From Sedimentisphaerales bacterium (GTDB lineage: Bacteria; Planctomycetota; Phycisphaerae; Sedimentisphaerales; SM23-30), in assembly GCA_963662515.1 (NCBI GenBank), contig OY759675.1, positions 773,473-837,472 of the forward strand: 64,000 nucleotides of DNA. The letters are read 5' to 3'. The notes beneath the pieces were generated by a model. It did not search any database. It was not told where the DNA came from and saw only the letters and a list, made by a program, of their open reading frames with translations. Position numbers and translations under genes: made by a program. This document shows, piece after piece, positions 57,397-63,713 of the stretch (position 1 is the stretch's first letter; each line of letters opens with the position of its first letter).

Positions 57397-58883
57397 GAAT
57401 GGCGGTAGATTAAGGAAATTATAGACAAAAAGCCTCCGCAGCCGATAGGTGTAGTAACAACAAAACACTTTCGACAAGGAGGCTATTATGTCTGCTATGG
57501 ATTTCGGCAAAAACAGAGGTAAAACTTTAGGAATTTCTGATAAGTTGGAAGATTGTACACTCAATTCAATTCGCAAAGTATTGTCTGACGCTATGATTGA
57601 ACGGGCATGTCGCAGTTGTAATTATCATTTCCGTCACAGGGTGATCACCCCGGTGGTAGTCGTATTACACCTGATAATGTCAGCGATGTGGCCGGAAGAT
57701 TCGTTTAATGCAAGTTGGCAGACAATCTGGGCGAATTTGGTTGCCAGCAATTATTCACTTGCTGGTCATTGTCCTGCCCGTGGATCTGTGAGTACGGCGA
57801 GAAACCATTTGCCTCTGGCTGTAATGAAAGAGATATTTAATTATCTTTCGCAATTGGCACAGAAATTATCAGAAAGGTATGACAAGTGGAGAGGTCACCG
57901 AGTTGTTCTTGTTGATGGTACATGTTTTACCACAGCTGACAATGCCCAATTGGAAAAGGAATTTGGGGTTCCTTTTGGCTTTCATGGCAAGGGTCGATAT
58001 CCTCTGGTCCGGCTTGTTACATTATGCCTGAGTAATACTATGACTATACTCAATTACAATGTTGGCAGATATGCCACCGATGAAAATGCCCTTCTGGAGC
58101 CAATGCTTAAAACACTCAGAAAAGGCGATTTGCTGCTGGCGGACCGGCATTATGCCGGGGCAAACCTGTATTGGCGTTATCTGCAGAATGGTCTGGAATT
58201 TCTGACAAGGGTTAATCAGAACCTCAAGATGTCTAAAGTTAAGCCATTACTGAAGTATAGCACTAATGATTTTATTGGCTATATGAAAGTATCAGCTATT
58301 CATTGTCGGAATAATCCAGACTTGCCAGAGAAGATAAAAGTGAGATTTATACGAGCTGAAATTACTATTCGCGGCAGGAAATCCTCTTTCTGGTTCGTCA
58401 CTTCCCTGTTGGATGCCGACCGTTATCCAGCAGAGGAAATTGTCGGTCTTTACGCTGACCGCTGGCGAATAGAGACTCTGCTTCGGGAAGTAAAAATCAA
58501 TGCTCATGCTGATATTTTACGCAGCCAGAAAGTTGAAGGGGTTTACCGGGAAATAGCAGCCAGAATGTCAGCGATAAATGTAATAAGGAACATAATGCTG
58601 GAAGCTGCTGTTGAACATAATATAGAGGACCCGCTCAGAATAAGTTTTTGTGAAACAGTACGGATAATTCTGGCCTTTGCCCCAGTAATGGCCATTCGCC
58701 CGATACAACAATTGCCCGTGATATATAATGCGATGCACAGAGAAATAGTCAGTCATCTGGTCCCATGGAGACCAGGCAGGAACGAACCAAGAGCAATAAC
58801 CCACGAACCAAAACATTACCCCAAATTAAAGGAAACCAGAGAACAATGGAGAAACACCTATGCCGCTTAATCTACCGCCATTC
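57397..58883 (+). mobile_element. IS4-family insertion sequence (1487 bp) with 18-bp IRs and 11-bp target-site duplication
   Basis: IRL is GAATGGCGGTAGATTAAG (57397-57414). IRR is CTTAATCTACCGCCATTC (58866-58883). The direct repeat GGGACAGTCAC abuts both ends (57386-57396 and 58884-58894). Confidence 0.9.
57488..58870 (+). CDS. IS4-family DDE transposase
   Basis: Contains VLVDGTCF, LLLADRHYAG and YADRWRIETLLREVK (the Y-2-R-3-E-6-K signature). The stop codon lies inside IRR. Confidence 0.9.
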   Translation: MSAMDFGKNRGKTLGISDKLEDCTLNSIRKVLSDAMIERACRSCNYHFRHRVITPVVVVLHLIMSAMWPEDSFNASWQTIWANLVASNYSLAGHCPARGSVSTARNHLPLAVMKEIFNYLSQLAQKLSERYDKWRGHRVVLVDGTCFTTADNAQLEKEFGVPFGFHGKGRYPLVRLVTLCLSNTMTILNYNVGRYATDENALLEPMLKTLRKGDLLLADRHYAGANLYWRYLQNGLEFLTRVNQNLKMSKVKPLLKYSTNDFIGYMKVSAIHCRNNPDLPEKIKVRFIRAEITIRGRKSSFWFVTSLLDADRYPAEEIVGLYADRWRIETLLREVKINAHADILRSQKVEGVYREIAARMSAINVIRNIMLEAAVEHNIEDPLRISFCETVRIILAFAPVMAIRPIQQLPVIYNAMHREIVSHLVPWRPGRNEPRAITHEPKHYPKLKETREQWRNTYAA

Positions 58884-58901
58884 GGGACAGTCACCGATTT
58901 T

Positions 58902-58925
58902 GTAAGCGAAACTATACCTGGTACC
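58902..58925 (+). repeat. degenerate REP-like motif ii
   Basis: GTAAGCGAAACTATACCTGGTACC, compared with the consensus TTAAACGAAACTGTACTTAGTACA. Confidence 0.4.
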
Positions 58926-58952
58926 ATCCGGTTGTTATCGGCTAAATTGAAA

Positions 58953-59159
58953 TTACATTCCATCTTCAATTTCAAGGCGTGTCAACAGGTGAAAGTAGTG
59001 ACATTGCTTATTAGCATTAGTTTTATTAAGACGCTCTACCTCCAAATTAGCACGCTCTAAAGTTAATACAACTTTCTTCACTGTTATCCTAGACTGAATA
59101 TCACAGTCATCTAGAAAATCATCGGACCTAATAATTGCATATACATGTTTTGTAGTCAT
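58953..59159 (-). CDS. putative immunity protein of cassette C
   Basis: 68-aa ORF whose ATG overlaps the toxin stop (ATGA). Confidence 0.55.
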   Translation of the reverse strand: MTTKHVYAIIRSDDFLDDCDIQSRITVKKVVLTLERANLEVERLNKTNANKQCHYFHLLTRLEIEDGM

Positions 59160-59482
59160 TTTATTGCTTTAGCTCCTCCCTCAGTTAAATATCCAAGTAA
59201 TTCTCGAGTATTTGCATGATATACACCACCAGTTTTATCGAATATAACATCAGGATTGCCCGTTATACCTTCCTTTATGGCATGTAATCGTTCGCTTGCA
59301 AGTTTTGGATCAATACCATGATATTCTTTTAACCTTCTTGTTACCTCATCCCAGTTTTTGATTGGTTTGTAATCATCTGGGAGTTTGTACACATTCTTCA
59401 TCGCCTTATTATGCACCAGCACGCCGGAGGCGGTTACGGCATAATTATGATATTGGACTACGGCGAGGTTGTAAACCTTTAT
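59156..59482 (-). CDS. orphan polymorphic-toxin C-terminal cassette C (Hint-tail leader + ~80-aa unknown toxin tip)
   Basis: The open frame reads IKVYNLAVVQYHNYAVTASGVLVHNKAMKNVYKL...GGAKAIK*. There is no ATG at the leader, and the ORF track starts at the internal GTG (59422). Confidence 0.65.
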   Translation of the reverse strand: MKVYNLAVVQYHNYAVTASGVLVHNKAMKNVYKLPDDYKPIKNWDEVTRRLKEYHGIDPKLASERLHAIKEGITGNPDVIFDKTGGVYHANTRELLGYLTEGGAKAIK

Positions 59483-59483
59483 T
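59403..59483 (-). repeat. conserved leader repeat, copy C
   Basis: Near-identical nucleotide block encoding (K)VYNLAVVQYHNYAVTASGVLVHNKA. Confidence 0.9.
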
Positions 59484-59994
59484 TACATATGCCAAATTTA
59501 TTTTTTAGAAAACTGATAACTTTTTTCATCTCTTCCAACGGACAAGTAGTAAGCTCGTCACATGAAGCTAAGCCATTATCAATCGCATACTGACTTGGGC
59601 CATATTTGCAACAATTTTTCATATACGATGGATAATCATAATTTGCATATATTTCCTGTAATCGCTCGATTTTATCTTCAGGTGAACTTGTGCTATCGGC
59701 AAGAACTATGAGTTCTACCAATAACCACTTTTCCAAACATTCATAATCATTATCTATAGTAGAACAAATAAGCTGTTCAAGAAAATATTTTAATTCATCT
59801 TCTTTACAATCTTCTGCACCAGCCAAAAGACTAATATATTTATTGTACTCTCCTGAAGAGTCTTGAAGAGATTTTACTGCAAAGTTTATTATGTCAGACT
59901 TTGTTACTAATTTTCTCTCAAAGCCAACTAAAAGCACATTCCAATCAATCAGCCCCCAAGCCTCAAGGATCTCAATAGGTTTCTTAAAAAGCAT
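59479..59994 (-). CDS. putative immunity protein of cassette B
   Basis: 171-aa acidic, Cys-containing ORF. Its ATG overlaps the toxin stop by 1 nt (TAATG). Confidence 0.6.
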   Translation of the reverse strand: MLFKKPIEILEAWGLIDWNVLLVGFERKLVTKSDIINFAVKSLQDSSGEYNKYISLLAGAEDCKEDELKYFLEQLICSTIDNDYECLEKWLLVELIVLADSTSSPEDKIERLQEIYANYDYPSYMKNCCKYGPSQYAIDNGLASCDELTTCPLEEMKKVISFLKNKFGICK

Positions 59995-60407
59995 TATTTA
60001 CCTCCAGGTAGTTGATTTGGGTATCCTGTTACATTGCCGTCTGGTATAAATCTTCGATGAGTAACGGCTTGATTGTCAATAATCCACTCGAATAAGCCTG
60101 CATTTCCGTTCAAACTTCCTTTAATCTGATACAAGTCAGCATTACCAATAACCTTTCCTCCCGGTCCTTTGGTAGGAATCGTGAAATATTGTGCTTCAGG
60201 TACGAAATTATCAATAATGCCTGGGAAAGAATGTTGCACATCTTGTTTGAGAGCACTTCCTATTCTTGGTAATCCTTGAATTGGATTCTCATACGGACTA
60301 TACAGAGCCTTATTATGCACCAGCACGCCAGAGGCGGTTACGGCGTAATTATGGTGTACTACGGCGAGGTTGTAAACCTTTATTTTGGCCGGGTTCGTAA
60401 GTGTATT
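59994..60407 (-). CDS. orphan polymorphic-toxin C-terminal cassette B (Hint-tail leader + ~100-aa unknown toxin tip)
   Basis: The open frame reads ..AKIKVYNLAVVHHNYAVTASGVLVHNKALYSPYENP...GLFEWIIDNQAVTHRRFIPDGNVTGYPNQLPGGK*. Confidence 0.65.
   Translation of the reverse strand, partial: NTLTNPAKIKVYNLAVVHHNYAVTASGVLVHNKALYSPYENPIQGLPRIGSALKQDVQHSFPGIIDNFVPEAQYFTIPTKGPGGKVIGNADLYQIKGSLNGNAGLFEWIIDNQAVTHRRFIPDGNVTGYPNQLPGGK
60307..60390 (-). repeat. conserved leader repeat, copy B (one codon shorter)
   Basis: Same block as 61041-61127 with a 3-nt deletion (VVQYHNY becomes VVHHNY). Confidence 0.9.
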
Positions 60408-60411
60408 TTAA

Positions 60412-60696
60412 TCACTCTCTCAAGGATTTATTCCAAAAAATGAACTTACTGTAAAGGTTGCCATCAAATACAGGGGCTTTATTGAGACCCATTTCGCAAA
60501 TCAGATCACACCACTGTTTAAAATTGTATCCAGATGGAGCCTGCTTCGTTTTCATCAATTCGATGATAAGGCCTTCAAAAGCCATTTCGTATTCTCCATG
60601 TATATAATAATGATCTACTTCACTAATAGCATCTTCAGATAGAATTCTTCTTGATGCTTCAATAATAATTCCAATTTGATTTTCTAGTGTCATCAT
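60412..60696 (-). CDS. putative immunity protein of cassette A
   Basis: The ATGATG start at 60696 lies 10 nt after the toxin stop, with AAGGA as RBS. The product is ~94 aa. The longer ORF-track version (to 60846) overlaps the toxin. Confidence 0.55.
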   Translation of the reverse strand: MMTLENQIGIIIEASRRILSEDAISEVDHYYIHGEYEMAFEGLIIELMKTKQAPSGYNFKQWCDLICEMGLNKAPVFDGNLYSKFIFWNKSLRE

Positions 60697-60706
60697 TAAA
60701 TTCCTT

Positions 60707-61189
60707 TTATGGATTTTTAGGTGTATTAAGAGGGTAGCTTGTAGATATTCGGCCTGGATATGTAGTGTGACTATCTGGATAAAAATCAACTCGAATTTGA
60801 ACTCCATCTCGAGTTCCGATTGAATATGGAGAGTCCCATTTTCCAATCCCTCTTATTGCCCCAGGGTCAGTTGCAACATCAGATACGTTATGTAAAATTT
60901 CGCCATCACTCCAACTTGCCGGGAATTCTGTTTTACCCGACATCCCAGCCCCACTTCTGTGGCGGTTCAAGATATGTGTACTTCTAAAATCTGTCAGATC
61001 AACAAGATTAGTAGTTGGTTCACTATATGGACTATGCAGAGCCTTATTATGCACCAGCACGCCGGAGGCGGTTACGGCGTAGTTATGATATTGGACTACG
61101 GCGAGGTTGTAAACCTTTATTTTGGCCAGGCGGGTGGGAAAATAAATGTACTTAGTACATTTATTTGTAAGTCTTTTAATAGTATGGTA
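60707..61189 (-). CDS. orphan polymorphic-toxin C-terminal cassette A (Hint-tail leader + EndoU-like RNase tip)
   Basis: Reads ..KVYNLAVVQYHNYAVTASGVLVHNKALHSPYSEPTT..FRSTHILNRHRSGAGMSGKTEFPASWSDGEILHNVSDVATDP..GTRDGVQIRVDF. This matches the bacterial EndoU toxin pattern (HIL..H....GKSEFP..WSD..I...ISDVATDP...GTRDGV.I.V) as I recall it. Homology to the other leaders begins near 61128. Confidence 0.65.
   Translation of the reverse strand, partial: YHTIKRLTNKCTKYIYFPTRLAKIKVYNLAVVQYHNYAVTASGVLVHNKALHSPYSEPTTNLVDLTDFRSTHILNRHRSGAGMSGKTEFPASWSDGEILHNVSDVATDPGAIRGIGKWDSPYSIGTRDGVQIRVDFYPDSHTTYPGRISTSYPLNTPKNP
61041..61127 (-). repeat. conserved leader repeat, copy A
   Basis: On the minus strand: GGCCAAAATAAAGGTTTACAACCTCGCCGTAGTCCAATATCATAACTACGCCGTAACCGCCTCCGGCGTGCTGGTGCATAATAAGGC. 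Confidence 0.9.
61141..61169. repeat. REP-like hairpin motif iii (11-bp stem)
   Basis: AATAAATGTAC-TTA-GTACATTTATT, ~110 bp upstream of the RAYT start. Confidence 0.7.
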
Positions 61190-61665
61190 TTATATAAATA
61201 TATCTGTTGAAAATGCAGATTTTGATATTGTGTTTTTTGTTTGGGATTTGACTTTTGTTTTGGTGCTGCCATAAGATTTTTATGCCCAGAACGAAGCGAA
61301 AGACAATAGGTGGTTACTTTTATCATGTTATGAATCGTGCTAATGGCCGGTTGCGGATATTTCAGAAAGAAGGCGATTATATCGCTTTTGAGAATGTTCT
61401 GGCTGAAGGGCAGGTTCGTACCGGTATGCGAATCTGTGGCTATTGCATAATGGGCAATCACTGGCACCTACTGCTCTGGCCCGAAAATGATGGTGACCTG
61501 TCGGATTTTATGCATTGGATAACGCTGACTCATGCCAGTCGCTATTGTCAATCCCCCATTTTTTGGGCCAGTCATAAGTGTAATAATTTACGATCTCACA
61601 CATTCACTTAGCTTTTTTTGTTTTGCCCCCTCGTAAGAGGATGGGGGGCAAAATAATAAAAGCGG

Positions 61666-62463
61666 TCAGCCAACTGCATTCAAATATCGTCCCGGTACTT
61701 CATTACCCAGAGATTCATGCGGTCGCTCATAATTGTATTCGTATATCCACCTATCGGTTATTTCTCTTACCTCCGACAGGCTGCCAAAGGCATACATATC
61801 CAATATCTCCTCCCGATAGGTACGATTGAATCTTTCGATAAATCCATTCTGGGCTGGTTTGCCCGGCTCTATAAATCCTATGGTCACATTATTCTTCTTT
61901 GCCCAGACTGATAAGACTGTCGATATAAACTCCGGGCCATTGTCACATCTGAGTTTCTTCGGATATGCACCTGAATGCATTGCCAGGGCTTCCAGGGTTC
62001 GGACCACTCGCTCGGAAGTCAGAGAATAATCTATCTCTATCGCCAGGCACATACGATTACTGTCATCTATTACATTAAAGGTTCTGAACCTTCTGCCGCT
62101 TGTCAGGCTGTCGCTCATAAAGTCTATCGACCAGCTGCTATTTATCTCCGCTGGAGCTGTTAATGGTTCTGGATTTCTTACCGGAAGACGCTTTTTAGGC
62201 CGTTTACGCATATTTAAGCCTTCTTCACAATATATACGATATACTCGCTTATGGTTATCTGCTATGCCTTGCTGACGCAATTTACTTAGCAGCTTCTTAA
62301 AGCCATATCTGCTATAGCGTACCGCCAGATCTTGCAGCATACCTGCTACAAGACTATCATCTTTTAACTTTGGCTCATACTCATACTGGCTTCTGGATAT
62401 ATCCAGTGCCCGGCAGGCGTGGCGTTTACTTAATCCGTATTCCGTTACCGCTTCTTGTGCCAA
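61666..62463 (-). CDS. IS3-family transposase OrfB (DDE integrase core)
   Basis: Contains WSIDFMSD, RCDNGPEF and the YNYERPHESLG region. The frame is open upstream to 62496. Confidence 0.9.
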   Translation of the reverse strand: MAQEAVTEYGLSKRHACRALDISRSQYEYEPKLKDDSLVAGMLQDLAVRYSRYGFKKLLSKLRQQGIADNHKRVYRIYCEEGLNMRKRPKKRLPVRNPEPLTAPAEINSSWSIDFMSDSLTSGRRFRTFNVIDDSNRMCLAIEIDYSLTSERVVRTLEALAMHSGAYPKKLRCDNGPEFISTVLSVWAKKNNVTIGFIEPGKPAQNGFIERFNRTYREEILDMYAFGSLSEVREITDRWIYEYNYERPHESLGNEVPGRYLNAVG

Positions 62464-62482
62464 CTCCTTCCTTTGAGCTGGC

Positions 62483-62749
62483 TTAGAAATGTTTTTCTAT
62501 CAGACCTTTTAATGCCCGATTCTCCAGGCTCAGTTCCGCAAACATCTGCTTCAACCGGCGGTTCTCGTCTTCCAGTTCCTTGAGCTTACGCATATCCGAT
62601 AATTCCATGCCGCCATACTTACTTCGCCATTTATAAATCGCACTCTGCGCTACGCCGTGCTTGCGACATAAATCACTTACCTTTACACCTGATTCCAGCT
62701 CTTTTAATACCGAAAATATCTCGCTCTCACTAAATCTTGATTTACGCAT
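62483..62749 (-). CDS. IS3-family transposase OrfA (HTH)
   Basis: Reads MRKSRFSESEIFSVLKELESGVKVSDLCRKHGVAQSAIYKWRSKYGG..LKELEDENRRLKQMFAELSLEN. Confidence 0.9.
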   Translation of the reverse strand: MRKSRFSESEIFSVLKELESGVKVSDLCRKHGVAQSAIYKWRSKYGGMELSDMRKLKELEDENRRLKQMFAELSLENRALKGLIEKHF

Positions 62750-63306
62750 AAGTTATGCTCTCCATTTGTATCTAACATAGTACCATTATACCATATTATT
62801 ACTCTTATGCATGGACCTATTTTAGGGGATACTTACCCTATCATGTGGCTCATGCCACGGCCGGCATGGGGCACATCTATAAAGGGACATATAAGAGTTT
62901 CCCTTTCCAGACTGGCCGCCATTATCTGCGGATATTGCGTTATGTAGAGGCCAACCCGCTTCGAGCCTCGCTGGTCAGTGAGCCGGGCCAATGGCCCTGG
63001 AGTAGCTACCACTTTCACTGCGGGCAGAGCGTTGCCAAGCCGCTGACTATCTGCCCCAGCCCGATCGAATTGCCCGGCAATTGGCCAGAGCAGGTTCGTA
63101 CGCCGGTCAGTCGTCACCATGCCGAGCAAATCGCAATTTCTATTAAAAGAGGCAGTCCGCTGGGTGATTCGGACTGGCAACAGCAAACCGCCGAAATACT
63201 AGAGATAAAACCAAGCATGAACCCAGTCGGTCGCCCCAGAATAATCATCGGGGAATAATCTGCATTTTCGACATATGAAGTAATATAACGCCTCTTTAGT
63301 AAATAT

Positions 63307-63331
63307 CTTAAGCGAAACTGTACTTAGTACC
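63307..63331 (+). repeat. REP-like motif iv
   Basis: CTTAAGCGAAACTGTACTTAGTACC, ~50 bp after the RAYT stop. Confidence 0.6.
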
Positions 63332-63346
63332 TTTTTCGTTGGCTAT

Positions 63347-63600
63347 GCAACAGCCCAACTGACCCGCCCATATTTTTTAAACACTTACGGCAGCGGATGT
63401 TGTGATATAAGAGTAACCATTATAGACGCCCAGAACAAACTCTGTGCCGACTTCGCCGGCCAATACCGCATTCTGCCAGAGCCAAGTGCTTGAACCCAAG
63501 CCAAACCAAAATCAGCATTTTCAGCAGAAGAATTTATATAACATCCTGAAATTAAATATCTTAAACGAAACTGTACTTAGTACATTTAATTGTAATCTCT
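63347..63600 (+). repeat. direct repeat copy 2 (displaced thioesterase 3' fragment + spacer + REP motif v)
   Basis: The fragment would encode ATAQLTRPYFLNTYGSGCCDIRVTIIDAQNKLCADFAGQYRILPEPSA*. The intact gene end encodes ATAQLTRPYFVNTYGSGCCDIRVTIINAQNKLCADFAGQYRILPETGT*. REP motif v lies at 63560-63594. Confidence 0.85.
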
Positions 63601-63653
63601 ACGTTACAATAGGTTATCGCCACAACCCGCAATCAACTAACCATACAATGTGA

Positions 63654-63682
63654 AATAACTGTAATTAGTACATTTAATTGTA
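63654..63682 (+). repeat. REP-like motif vi
   Basis: AATAACTGTAATTAGTACATTTAATTGTA. Confidence 0.55.
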
Positions 63683-63713
63683 ATCATTATTTACTAAAAC
63701 AATACATTTGTTA

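Larger units (their letters stand above)
61546..62837 (-). mobile_element. IS3-family (IS407-group-like) insertion sequence, ~1.29 kb, flanked by CTAT duplication
   Basis: It has imperfect ~40-bp terminal inverted repeats: TGTCAATCCCCCATTTTTTGGGCCAGTCATAAGTGTAATAAT versus the reverse complement GGTAAGTATCCCCTAAAATAGGTCCATGCATAAGAGTAATAAT. CTAT occurs at 61542-61545 and 62838-62841. The ends are uncertain by a few bp. Confidence 0.8.
61282..63258 (+). pseudogene. REP-associated tyrosine transposase (RAYT, IS200/IS605 Y1-like) gene disrupted by an IS3-family insertion
   Basis: The 5' part is MPRTKRKTIGGYFYHVMNRANGRLRIF..CIMGNHWHLLLWP..WITLTHASRY (HUH motif = HWH). The 3' part is HVAHATAGMGHIYKGTYKSFPFQ..YLRILRYVEANPLRASLV..WPWSS (catalytic Tyr region). 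The two halves join in frame once 61546-62841 is removed. Confidence 0.8.

Noticed and set aside
59403-61127. Three near-identical ~85-nt repeats separated by unique sequence, considered as a CRISPR-like array.
   Set aside because: The repeats are far longer than CRISPR repeats. The spacers are 640-900 bp and encode proteins. The repeats translate to a Hint-domain tail in frame with the downstream ORFs. No cas genes are present.
61117-61467. 116-aa minus-strand ORF overlapping the RAYT 5' half and REP hairpin.
   Set aside because: It is antisense to a recognisable RAYT reading frame and crosses the REP motif. It has no motif or RBS.
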